Shown in pieces: positions 1 to 8,799 of a stretch of DNA of 64,000 bases. How positions within the stretch are numbered: the first letter of the stretch is position 1; each line of letters begins with the position of its first letter. Source of the stretch: an uncultured Verrucomicrobiae bacterium (GTDB lineage Bacteria > Verrucomicrobiota > Verrucomicrobiia > Chthoniobacterales > JAFAMB01); the NCBI GenBank assembly GCA_963837955.1, contig CAWIPH010000002.1:1216001-1280000 (forward strand). Reading direction: 5' to 3'. The position numbers were made by a program, and so were the translations under genes. The notes below the pieces were generated by a model, which was not told the DNA's origin, searched no databases, and worked only from the letters and a program-made list of their open reading frames with translations.

Positions 1-967
1 GGATTTTGCGGCCGGCCGTAGAACAGAGGTAAAGAACAGCCATCCGGACCGCTAGTCCGTTCGTCACCTGAGCCAGAATCACGCTCCGGGTTCCGTCGGC
101 CAGGTCGCTGTCGATCTCTACGCCTCGATTAATCGGCCCGGGGTGCATGATTAAGCAGCTCGGCTTCAACTTTTCGGCGCGCGCCTTCGTTAGCCCAAAG
201 AAGCGGATGTATTCGTTCAAGCTGGGGAAATATTCCTTGCGTTGGCGCTCAACTTGAATGCGCAGAAGGTTAATCACGTCAGCGCTTTCCAGGACGTCAT
301 CCAACCGGCGAACAACGCTCACTCCGATTGATTCAAAGCTGCGGGGCACCAAGGTACTCGGCCCGACCAGTGTGACATGCGCTCCCAATTTCTTGAGCGC
401 CCAGATGTTCGAACGCGCTACTCGACTAAACAGAATATCACCGACAATCGCTACATTCAGCCCGGAGATGCTTCCCATTCGCTCTCGGATTGTGAATACG
501 TCGAGTAGAGCTTGGGTGGGATGCTCGTGTGCGCCATCGCCGGCGTTTATCACGCTCGCTTCCAATCGGTCAGCCAGGAATTTTGGGGCACCCGCCGAAC
601 TATGACGTAGCACGATGATGTCCGCATGCAGCGCCTGCAAATTCAAGGCGGTGTCTTTCAACGTCTCGCCTTTCTGCAGGCTAGAGGTTGTGGCAGAAAT
701 GTTAACAACGTCGGCGCTGAGCCGAAAGGCGGCCAGCTCAAATGAAGTTCTGGTGCGAGTACTCGGTTCGACGAAAAAATTGACCAACGTCTTTCCCCGC
801 AGCGCAGGAACCTTTTTTATGTCCCGAGAGCCGACCGTTTTAAAAGCAGCCGCTGAATCGAGGATGTGTTCCAGTTCCCAGATTTCCAGTTCTCGAATAC
901 TAATCAGATCCTTTCGGGACCAGTTCCGGGCCTGGCTCTTTTCACTCGCGGGAGGGGAGCTTTTCAT
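1..967 (-). CDS. pyrB: Aspartate carbamoyltransferase catalytic subunit (3' end runs off window)
   Basis: Manual translation from ATG at 967: ...[17 protein letters not shown]...[13 protein letters not shown], ATCase motifs. Start overlaps the pyrR stop (ATGA). Absent from the ORF track because it is truncated. Confidence 0.95.
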   Translation of the reverse strand, partial: MKSSPPASEKSQARNWSRKDLISIRELEIWELEHILDSAAAFKTVGSRDIKKVPALRGKTLVNFFVEPSTRTRTSFELAAFRLSADVVNISATTSSLQKGETLKDTALNLQALHADIIVLRHSSAGAPKFLADRLEASVINAGDGAHEHPTQALLDVFTIRERMGSISGLNVAIVGDILFSRVARSNIWALKKLGAHVTLVGPSTLVPRSFESIGVSVVRRLDDVLESADVINLLRIQVERQRKEYFPSLNEYIRFFGLTKARAEKLKPSCLIMHPGPINRGVEIDSDLADGTRSVILAQVTNGLAVRMAVLYLCSTAGRKI

Positions 968-1503
968 GGTTTTTCAACGTGGACCGAGTCGGTTTGGGCA
1001 TCGGTCTCCATTAGCCGCACTTTTACCAACTCAGACCGGCCGGTAGGCAAATTCTTACCCACGTAATCGGGTCGGATCGGCAATTCGCGATGACCGCGAT
1101 CGACCAAGACGGCTAGCTGAATGCGGGCGGGACGACCGAAGGAACTGATTGCGTCCATGGCCGCGCGGCAGGTTCGTCCGGTAAAAAGCACATCATCGAC
1201 TAACACGACGGTGAGGCCCTCGAGGTGCAGAGGGAGACGAGTTTCGTGGACATCCGGGAGACGGGCTCGGAGGCCAAGATCGTCGCGATGCATCGAGATG
1301 TCGATCACGCCGGTCTCCGGGCGAACACCTTCGATTTGCCCAAGTTGATCGGCTAAACGTTCCGCCAACGCTCCGCCCCGAAGGGGAATCCCAGCTAAGA
1401 CGAGTTTCCCCGTTTCGGGATTGTGCTCGAGAATTTCATGCGCTATCCGCCGCAACGCGCGAGCGATTGCTTCTTCATCCAGGATTAGGACAGAACTCGA
1501 CAT
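964..1503 (-). CDS. pyrR: Pyrimidine operon regulator / uracil phosphoribosyltransferase PyrR
   Basis: [24 protein letters not shown] (PRPP-binding), [19 protein letters not shown] at 1503 chosen as start. Confidence 0.95.
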   Translation of the reverse strand: MSSSVLILDEEAIARALRRIAHEILEHNPETGKLVLAGIPLRGGALAERLADQLGQIEGVRPETGVIDISMHRDDLGLRARLPDVHETRLPLHLEGLTVVLVDDVLFTGRTCRAAMDAISSFGRPARIQLAVLVDRGHRELPIRPDYVGKNLPTGRSELVKVRLMETDAQTDSVHVEKP

Positions 1504-1509
1504 AAGTAA

Positions 1510-1541
1510 CCTTAGCAACCTCTCTGGATTGCTTTAAAGGC
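1510..1541 (-). promoter_or_regulatory. PyrR-binding RNA stem-loop
   Basis: Minus strand GCCTTTAAAGCAATCCAGAGAGGTTGCTAAGG contains CUUUAA and the ARUCCAGAGAGGYU consensus, directly upstream of pyrR. Confidence 0.85.
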
Positions 1542-1553
1542 TTCAGAAAACTA

Positions 1554-1609
1554 GTGCACTATATCAGATACATCGCGAGGGCGCTCACGATATAGCTGAT
1601 ATAGCGCAC
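1554..1609. other. ~56-nt imperfect hairpin between the DUF4032-like gene and the pyrR leader
   Basis: GTGCACTATATCAG...CTGATATAGCGCAC outer arms with an inner stem. Confidence 0.5.
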
Positions 1610-1613
1610 GAGA

Positions 1614-1829
1614 TTATCCGCCTTTGGCAGAACGTTGACGCTTTTCGCGCCAGGCGGAGCGATATTTCACGATCCAATCGAGCAATGCTCGTTCAAATCC
1701 GATATCGTACCCAACCTTTTCGCTCTCGATCCATTTATGGCGAAGGATTTCTTCCCTCTCAGCCAAGAACTCCTTATACAAAGCAGAATTCTTAACCAGT
1801 TCCGTAGCGTCATCCTTCGGGGGTTCCAT
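1614..1829 (-). CDS. Small protein, DUF4032-like
   Basis: EILRHKWIESEKVGYDIGFERALLDW resembles the DUF4032 motif. Confidence 0.7.
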   Translation of the reverse strand: MEPPKDDATELVKNSALYKEFLAEREEILRHKWIESEKVGYDIGFERALLDWIVKYRSAWREKRQRSAKGG

Positions 1830-1911
1830 TTTCTGACCGTTGAGTGTGTCGGTAAGTGAATTCCGGAGTCAATGCGAAAGTCGATAATCCGGTTTAACTG
1901 ATTTCGAGCTA

Positions 1912-2967
1912 CTAAGAAGTTTCGATTTGCTGTCGCAGAAGATCGACCATAGCCAGGAACACGCTGGCGATGGGGCCCTTTGGTTTCTCGAGTACGACTG
2001 GGACTCCGCGATCTCCGGCTTCGCGGGTCTGCAAATCGATGGGAATTTGGCCAAGTAGCGGAACCCGGAGGCGATTGGCTTCGCGAACACCACCCCCGGA
2101 ACCAAAGATATCGAAACGCTGACCGTCACTTGGTGAAACAAAATAGCTCATGTTTTCGACGAGACCGAGTACTGGAACATTCACTTTCGCAAACATTGCG
2201 CTCGCCTTTCGCGCATCGATCAGGGCTACCTCTTGAGGCGTTGTGACGATCACCGCGCCGGAAAGAGCTACGGTCTGAACGATAGTCAGCTGGATGTCGC
2301 CGGTTCCTGGGGGCAAATCGAGCACGAGGTAATCAAGACCGGACCAATCGACCTGACGCAAGAACTGCTGGGTAGCCCGAGTGACCATGGGACCGCGCAG
2401 GATCGCTGGTGAAGTGTCATCCAAAAGCGAGCCCATGGACATCAATTTGATGCCGTAGCGCTCGATGGGGATGATAACGTTTTCGGAGGTCGCCATCGGT
2501 TGTTCATGCGCGGCTCCGAACATGAGGGAGATGCTCGGACCGTAAATGTCGCAATCGCAAAGCCCCGTTCGCTGTCCAGTTAAGCTCAGCGCAGCAGCTA
2601 GATTCGCTGCTACGGTGGATTTGCCGACTCCGCCTTTTCCGCTGGCGATGGCAACGACGTATTTTACGCCTGCGATTGAGGTGGCGCCGGCCTGAGCTGG
2701 CCCAGCGACTTCCGGTGGATTGGTGATGTCGATGACCACCTCGGTCGAACTGATGCCAGGTGTCTCCCGAAGAATGCCTTCCGTATCCCGCTTCAGGGTC
2801 TCCGGGATACTTGGGTTGGTGGTGGCGATCTCCAACCGAACAAAGACGTCGGTTCCAGATATCTTTACCTCTTTCACGAGTCCGAAACTCACGATGTCTC
2901 GGCTGTAGCCGGGAAATTTCACCGCTTTCAGACGTTCCAGAACTAAATTTTCAGTGGGATCAGACAT
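1912..2967 (-). CDS. mrp: Mrp/NBP35 (ApbC) P-loop ATPase, Fe-S carrier family, with N-terminal DUF59-like domain
   Basis: IASGKGGVGKST deviant Walker A, LRGPM, LDLPPGTGDIQLT, VENMS motifs. Confidence 0.92.
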   Translation of the reverse strand: MSDPTENLVLERLKAVKFPGYSRDIVSFGLVKEVKISGTDVFVRLEIATTNPSIPETLKRDTEGILRETPGISSTEVVIDITNPPEVAGPAQAGATSIAGVKYVVAIASGKGGVGKSTVAANLAAALSLTGQRTGLCDCDIYGPSISLMFGAAHEQPMATSENVIIPIERYGIKLMSMGSLLDDTSPAILRGPMVTRATQQFLRQVDWSGLDYLVLDLPPGTGDIQLTIVQTVALSGAVIVTTPQEVALIDARKASAMFAKVNVPVLGLVENMSYFVSPSDGQRFDIFGSGGGVREANRLRVPLLGQIPIDLQTREAGDRGVPVVLEKPKGPIASVFLAMVDLLRQQIETS

Positions 2968-3293
2968 GCGTAGACAATTCGCAACATTCGCACAACCGGA
3001 TCAGCCGGGCAGTCAACGAACCGTAGAATGAAAGAAAGTCAATGCAGGAGCCGGTTGTTGGTCGATTGGTGCGGTGAGCAGTAAGCGGGGAGCCGGATAC
3101 GCCGACCTGTCCGACGAAGCCCTTCTGTGACGGTCGAACCATAGTAGCTAATGGTTGGCGAAGTCGGAAGGCGTTGGAGGACTCAGCCCAAGGGTGGAGG
3201 CTTTGCGTAACCCTGGGTAACCCCAAAAAAGCGCGTCCGCTCTCATAAGGAACATGGTGGAGTTTAGCGTGGAGTTCACAGCGGAGATCGGTC

Positions 3294-4703
3294 TCAGGTA
3301 GCGATAGGAGTCAGTTGGTAGCCCATCTGGCGGGCAGCAGAGGAGAGTCGTTTGAGACGTCGGGTCTGATTGGCCTTTTCGTAAGCAGCAAAGATGGTCA
3401 GATCAAAGGGGACTCGATGAACGATGAGGTGCCAGAGGATTCTGGCTAATTGGTGGGCCATGGCGGTGATAGCCTTGGGAGCACCTAGTTTGGCGCGCAA
3501 GCGTCGGTATTTGTCTCCCAGGTAGCTCTTATCATGGTGCAAGGAAGAGGCAGCCATGCGCAATGCCTGTCGAACCCGATTTTGGCTGCGACGGGTCGCT
3601 CGGCGAAGCACTTTGCTAGCGCTGGTCTCGTTATCCGGACACAGACAGAGCCAGGAACTAAAGTGGTGTGCGCTCTTGAAAGCACCCAGGTCATTACCTA
3701 GCTCGGTCATCAGGGTAATACCGGTGAGAACGCTGATGCTTGGGATAGCGGTCAGATCAACGCCAAAGAAGCGAGAGAGTTCTTCTCGCCAAGGCCCCGG
3801 GGGTTCATTCTTGCTGGTTTTCCTGCGCGGTTTGCTGGGCCGGGCAACGGGATGAGAGCCGGCTGCTTGCGTGCTCAAGCGCACGGTCTTGATCGGCTTG
3901 GCCAGAGTAGTACAGGCTTCCAATTGGCGGGTGTATTCCAGCAGCTGTTGATCACATTTTTGGATTTGGTGTTGAGCCTGCTTCCAATTTTCCCAGGCCA
4001 CTTTTAAAACAAAGAGGTGTTCGCTGCGCCAATCGCCCTCCAAGGCTTTGACGATGGTTTGTTGGGAAGCTTTGATTCGGTGATCGCGATGCTTGGCCAA
4101 TTGGTGTGGGTCTCGCTCACCCTCTAAAATGGCCTCGATGATCGCCAGCCCCGTCATGCCCGTCAGATCGTCGATGACGTGGTGGAGCTTAATATTCATT
4201 TGATCCAAGGCCGCCTGCATATGCTGGAGATGCTGAGCAGCCTGGGTGAGCAGATTTTGCCGATAGCGGTAAATGCTCCGCGCGGCACAGATGGCTTGAT
4301 CGGGCCGATAAGAAGCCCGCAATAGACCCACGCTGTGGAGGTACTGCAACCATTGACAGTCGCCCACGTCACTTTTGCGACCCGGTACATTTTTGACATG
4401 CCGGGCGTTGACTAAACAGACCTTCAGTCCGGCATCGGCCAGAAGCTGATAGAGTGGAATCCAGTAAACACCGGTCGATTCCATTGCTACGGTACGAATC
4501 CCGCAATCTCGCAGCCACTGGACAATGGCCTTGAGCTCCTGAGTAAATGCACCAAATCTTCTGATTGGCTTCTCGCTACGATCAGGCGCTACAGCAACCC
4601 AGATTTCATTGGCTCCTACATCAATGCCAGCCGCATCGGGCTCTGGCTCGTGTAACGGTTTTGGCGCTTCGGACTTGGTTTTTGTCTTCTCGTGTTGTTT
4701 CAT
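3294..4703 (-). CDS. IS110-family DEDD recombinase/transposase
   Basis: GIDVG, AMESTG, KSDVGD (DEDD RuvC-like domain). C-terminal FSSWLCLCP...TSA and AMAHQLAR motifs. Confidence 0.95.
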   Translation of the reverse strand: MKQHEKTKTKSEAPKPLHEPEPDAAGIDVGANEIWVAVAPDRSEKPIRRFGAFTQELKAIVQWLRDCGIRTVAMESTGVYWIPLYQLLADAGLKVCLVNARHVKNVPGRKSDVGDCQWLQYLHSVGLLRASYRPDQAICAARSIYRYRQNLLTQAAQHLQHMQAALDQMNIKLHHVIDDLTGMTGLAIIEAILEGERDPHQLAKHRDHRIKASQQTIVKALEGDWRSEHLFVLKVAWENWKQAQHQIQKCDQQLLEYTRQLEACTTLAKPIKTVRLSTQAAGSHPVARPSKPRRKTSKNEPPGPWREELSRFFGVDLTAIPSISVLTGITLMTELGNDLGAFKSAHHFSSWLCLCPDNETSASKVLRRATRRSQNRVRQALRMAASSLHHDKSYLGDKYRRLRAKLGAPKAITAMAHQLARILWHLIVHRVPFDLTIFAAYEKANQTRRLKRLSSAARQMGYQLTPIAT

Positions 4704-4996
4704 TCTCTCGTTGATTAGCCAACGAAGGAGGCTTGGCTCAGACGGCGAAAGATCGAGACATTCTCATAAACGGGGTCTTGCAAGCACCACAGTGCTTTCC
4801 AGCCACCAGTGAAAAAATCGTAGCGTCTGATTCCATGCTGAAAGGCGGGTTTAGTTACTGCTAAACACCACTGGGCAAGCGGATTACTTGCCAAGCCTCC
4901 TCGTTGCATCCCTCCTCTTAGCGAAGGAAGACTCCACTACGCCACTAAATGAATGTTCCTACGGTGAAAAACACCCGCGCAGCCGGGTTGAAGCTG
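4704..4996 (-). ncRNA. Candidate bridge-RNA region in the IS110 non-coding end (copy 1)
   Basis: Mirror of 6891-7183; guide-like segments at 4838-4844 and 4763-4769. Confidence 0.65.
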
Positions 4997-5499
4997 CTGA
5001 AAGAGCGCAAGAAATCTTCTACCCAACGGCCGCCATCACCGAACGCAAAAATCTCGGAGCTTGATCACGCCGTCGAATATTATCGGATGAATGAACGACG
5101 TGACCAGGAAACCAGCTGGGAATGCCGGGTAACAGAAAGCTTCGTCACTCGTCACTGTTGAGGTGCTTGGTGACGGCGGTAGCAATCTGCAAAGGCTGCC
5201 ACCGATTGTCGCGGATGGGATGGCTAGTCGGTAGTCAGGAGCCGGTGATGAGGGCCCTTCTGCAGATAGTCTTACGCTCTTTCAGAGCGGACGCATTTTT
5301 TGGGGCTACCCGGGGTTGCGCAAAGCCTCCACCCCGGGCTGAGTCCTCCAACGCCTTCCGACTCCGCCAACCATTAGCTACTATGGTTCGACCATCACAG
5401 AAGGGCTTCGTCGGACAGGTCGGCGTATCTGGCGTATCCGACTCCTGGCATTCGGCTCCCCTTGATCAATCCCACCATTGGGATCAATTACTGATCCCA

Positions 5500-6579
5500 A
5501 TGTCTGACGCCCGAAAAATCGACTCTCCGGCAAACTCGACCAAGTCGATTCAAGCTCAACCCAGCTCGGGCAAGAAGACAACAATTCTCCCGCCATTGAT
5601 TCGAAAGAACGGCTTCATTCTCGGGCTGTTTGGCGTCGTGATTTTAGCATTCCTTTTTCCCCAACCCGGAGCACGGAACGGCTGGTTGCATCCCGAACTG
5701 ATCAGCAATTTTGGGATCGCCCTGATCCTGTTCCTACAAGGACTCTCCATGCCGCTGGAGAAAGTGAGACGCGGTGCGGGGAATTGGCGTCTACACGTCA
5801 TTATTCAGGCTTTTACTTTCATCATTTTTCCGATCGTGGGTCTCGGATTCCAAATGCTATTGCCCCATATCTGGCGGGACGAACCAGAAGCGATCAAGCA
5901 AGGCTTTCTTTACCTTTGCGTGCTGCCTTCCACGGTGTCCACCTCCGTCGTGCTTACTTCAGTTGCCGGAGGGAACACTGCGGCAGCGATCCTCAATGCG
6001 GCGTTTTCAAACATCGTGGGAGTGATACTCACTCCGTTACTGGTGAGCTTCTTGATGCAGGCTACCGGCCACACCGGGCCGATCGGACCGCTCTTAATGC
6101 AAATCACGATGTTAACGCTGTTGCCTTTTGCGGCAGGGGCTATTCTTCGCCATTTTGTTCAGCATTGGGTCGATGCGAATAAGCGTTGGATCAACCCGAT
6201 CAGTAACGCTGTCATTCTTTTCATCGTCTACACCGCTTTTTGTAATTCCGTGACCGAGAAAATCTGGGACAAATACGGCGTTGCTCTTACGGTGGAAGTG
6301 CTCCTCACGGTCATCTTTCTATTTGGGACCGTTTCGCTGCTGATCTTTCTCGCTTCCCGGGTCGCAAAACTGAACCGGGAAGACGCGATCGCGGCGTACT
6401 TTTGCTCGGTCAAGAAGACGCTAGCGATGGGTGTACCGCTCGCGATGCTCATATTCGGTACTAGAGCTGACCTCAGCCTGATTCTGTTGCCCATCATGTT
6501 TTATCACCCGTTCCAACTTTTCGTGAACGGATTGTTGGCGAATCGTTGGGCGAAGGAGAGGGGTGGGGTGGCTGCGTGA
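5500..6579 (+). CDS. Bile acid:sodium symporter family (SBF-like/YfeH-like) transporter
   Basis: Multi-TM protein with LFLQGLS, LCVLPSTVSTSV, SNIVGVILTP and FCSVKKTLAMGVP. The ORF-track extension to 5122 runs through repeat DNA, so ATG 5500 was chosen. Confidence 0.88.
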   Translation: MSDARKIDSPANSTKSIQAQPSSGKKTTILPPLIRKNGFILGLFGVVILAFLFPQPGARNGWLHPELISNFGIALILFLQGLSMPLEKVRRGAGNWRLHVIIQAFTFIIFPIVGLGFQMLLPHIWRDEPEAIKQGFLYLCVLPSTVSTSVVLTSVAGGNTAAAILNAAFSNIVGVILTPLLVSFLMQATGHTGPIGPLLMQITMLTLLPFAAGAILRHFVQHWVDANKRWINPISNAVILFIVYTAFCNSVTEKIWDKYGVALTVEVLLTVIFLFGTVSLLIFLASRVAKLNREDAIAAYFCSVKKTLAMGVPLAMLIFGTRADLSLILLPIMFYHPFQLFVNGLLANRWAKERGGVAA

Positions 6580-6890
6580 TTGGTGGCTGGTGGTTGGGGA
6601 GCGGTGATTGGTGATTGGGGAGCGGTGAGAAGTGAGCAGTAAGCAGGGAGCCGGGATACGCCGAAGGCGTTAAAGGACTCAGCCCGGGGTGGAGGCTTTG
6701 CGCAACCCCGGGTGACCCCAAAAATGCGCGTCCGCTCTGAAAGAGCGCAAGAAAATCCCCTGGCAGAACGGCGCTCACTACCGGCTCCATCGAGGAGATG
6801 AACGCCCCTCTAGATCGCCCTACTCAGCGGTTTCTACGGATTGTTGCTGCCGTCACGAAGCTCCATAGAAGACTTCTTGCGCTCTTTCAG

Positions 6891-7183
6891 CAGCTTCAAC
6901 CCGGCTGCGCGGGTGTTTTTCACCGTAGGAACATTCATTTAGTGGCGTAGTGGAGTCTTCCTTCGCTAAGAGGAGGGATGCAACGAGGAGGCTTGGCAAG
7001 TAATCCGCTTGCCCAGTGGTGTTTAGCAGTAACTAAACCCGCCTTTCAGCATGGAATCAGACGCTACGATTTTTTCACTGGTGGCTGGAAAGCACTGTGG
7101 TGCTTGCAAGACCCCGTTTATGAGAATGTCTCGATCTTTCGCCGTCTGAGCCAAGCCTCCTTCGTTGGCTAATCAACGAGAGA
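6891..7183 (+). ncRNA. Candidate bridge-RNA region in the IS110 non-coding end (copy 2)
   Basis: Long stem 6981-6997/7150-7167 with inner hairpins. CTTTCAG (7043-7049) equals target-left plus core; TTATGAG (7118-7124) equals donor-left plus core. Confidence 0.7.
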
Positions 7184-8593
7184 ATGAAACAACACGAGAA
7201 GACAAAAACCAAGTCCGAAGCGCCAAAACCGTTACACGAGCCAGAGCCCGATGCGGCTGGCATTGATGTAGGAGCCAATGAAATCTGGGTTGCTGTAGCG
7301 CCTGATCGTAGCGAGAAGCCAATCAGAAGATTTGGTGCATTTACTCAGGAGCTCAAGGCCATTGTCCAGTGGCTGCGAGATTGCGGGATTCGTACCGTAG
7401 CAATGGAATCGACCGGTGTTTACTGGATTCCACTCTATCAGCTTCTGGCCGATGCCGGACTGAAGGTCTGTTTAGTCAACGCCCGGCATGTCAAAAATGT
7501 ACCGGGTCGCAAAAGTGACGTGGGCGACTGTCAATGGTTGCAGTACCTCCACAGCGTGGGTCTATTGCGGGCTTCTTATCGGCCCGATCAAGCCATCTGT
7601 GCCGCGCGGAGCATTTACCGCTATCGGCAAAATCTGCTCACCCAGGCTGCTCAGCATCTCCAGCATATGCAGGCGGCCTTGGATCAAATGAATATTAAGC
7701 TCCACCACGTCATCGACGATCTGACGGGCATGACGGGGCTGGCGATCATCGAGGCCATTTTAGAGGGTGAGCGAGACCCACACCAATTGGCCAAGCATCG
7801 CGATCACCGAATCAAAGCTTCCCAACAAACCATCGTCAAAGCCTTGGAGGGCGATTGGCGCAGCGAACACCTCTTTGTTTTAAAAGTGGCCTGGGAAAAT
7901 TGGAAGCAGGCTCAACACCAAATCCAAAAATGTGATCAACAGCTGCTGGAATACACCCGCCAATTGGAAGCCTGTACTACTCTGGCCAAGCCGATCAAGA
8001 CCGTGCGCTTGAGCACGCAAGCAGCCGGCTCTCATCCCGTTGCCCGGCCCAGCAAACCGCGCAGGAAAACCAGCAAGAATGAACCCCCGGGGCCTTGGCG
8101 AGAAGAACTCTCTCGCTTCTTTGGCGTTGATCTGACCGCTATCCCAAGCATCAGCGTTCTCACCGGTATTACCCTGATGACCGAGCTAGGTAATGACCTG
8201 GGTGCTTTCAAGAGCGCACACCACTTTAGTTCCTGGCTCTGTCTGTGTCCGGATAACGAGACCAGCGCTAGCAAAGTGCTTCGCCGAGCGACCCGTCGCA
8301 GCCAAAATCGGGTTCGACAGGCATTGCGCATGGCTGCCTCTTCCTTGCACCATGATAAGAGCTACCTGGGAGACAAATACCGACGCTTGCGCGCCAAACT
8401 AGGTGCTCCCAAGGCTATCACCGCCATGGCCCACCAATTAGCCAGAATCCTCTGGCACCTCATCGTTCATCGAGTCCCCTTTGATCTGACCATCTTTGCT
8501 GCTTACGAAAAGGCCAATCAGACCCGACGTCTCAAACGACTCTCCTCTGCTGCCCGCCAGATGGGCTACCAACTGACTCCTATCGCTACCTGA
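7184..8593 (+). CDS. IS110-family DEDD recombinase/transposase
   Basis: 469-aa translation identical to 3294-4703. Confidence 0.95.
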   Translation: MKQHEKTKTKSEAPKPLHEPEPDAAGIDVGANEIWVAVAPDRSEKPIRRFGAFTQELKAIVQWLRDCGIRTVAMESTGVYWIPLYQLLADAGLKVCLVNARHVKNVPGRKSDVGDCQWLQYLHSVGLLRASYRPDQAICAARSIYRYRQNLLTQAAQHLQHMQAALDQMNIKLHHVIDDLTGMTGLAIIEAILEGERDPHQLAKHRDHRIKASQQTIVKALEGDWRSEHLFVLKVAWENWKQAQHQIQKCDQQLLEYTRQLEACTTLAKPIKTVRLSTQAAGSHPVARPSKPRRKTSKNEPPGPWREELSRFFGVDLTAIPSISVLTGITLMTELGNDLGAFKSAHHFSSWLCLCPDNETSASKVLRRATRRSQNRVRQALRMAASSLHHDKSYLGDKYRRLRAKLGAPKAITAMAHQLARILWHLIVHRVPFDLTIFAAYEKANQTRRLKRLSSAARQMGYQLTPIAT

Positions 8594-8799
8594 GACCGAT
8601 CTCCGCTGTGAACTCCACGCTAAACTCCACCATGTTCCTTATGAGAGCGGACGCGTTGGTTTGTGCTACCCGGGGTTACGCAAAGCCTCCACCCCGGGCT
8701 GAGTCCTTTAACGCCTTCGGCGTACCTGGCGTATCCGACCTCTGGCATCGGCTCTCTCTCGCCTCCCGCTGACTGCTCACTGCTCACCAAAATCACCGA

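Larger units (their letters stand above)
3244..4996 (-). mobile_element. IS110-family insertion sequence, copy 1 (1,753 bp; core CT at 3242-3243 and 4997-4998)
   Basis: Ends defined by comparison with copy 2 and with the empty repeat at 6731-6750 (TCCGCT-CT-GAAAGAGCG). No TSD beyond the 2-bp core. Confidence 0.95.
3081..5460. repeat. REP/REPIN-like inverted-repeat doublet 1 (arm A interrupted by IS110; arm B ~5270-5460 intact)
   Basis: 3081-3243 plus 4997-5013 is the reverse complement of ~5270-5460 (GGACTCAGCCC..GGGTGGAGGCTTTGCG.AACCC.GGGT..CGCGTCCGCTCTGAAAGAGCG). Boundaries approximate. Confidence 0.85.
6891..8643 (+). mobile_element. IS110-family insertion sequence, copy 2 (1,753 bp; core AG at 6889-6890 and 8644-8645)
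   Basis: Same length and translation as copy 1. Joining the flanks rebuilds CTCTTTC-AG-AGCGGACG, as at the empty site 5277-5293. Confidence 0.95.
6640..8760. repeat. REP/REPIN-like doublet 2, inverted relative to doublet 1 (arm ~6640-6753 intact; other arm interrupted by IS110)
   Basis: 6640-6753 is the reverse complement of 6874-6890 plus 8644-8760. Spacer blocks are homologous to those of doublet 1 (e.g. GGAGCCGGT..TGAG.GCC.TTCTGC). Confidence 0.85.

Noticed and set aside
5122..5499. N-terminal extension of the symporter ORF, and ORF 2960-3226
   Set aside because: These translate the palindromic repeat (the same peptide appears in both), so they are not real coding sequence.
6978..7172. 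64-aa and 67-aa ORFs in the IS110 ends (also 4715-4909, 4609-4812, 7075-7278)
   Set aside because: No recognisable protein features; the region is better explained as structured non-coding RNA.
8594..8645. Sigma-70 promoter formed at the IS110 circle junction
   Set aside because: No convincing -35/-10 pair across CCTTATG-AG-CAGCTTC by eye.
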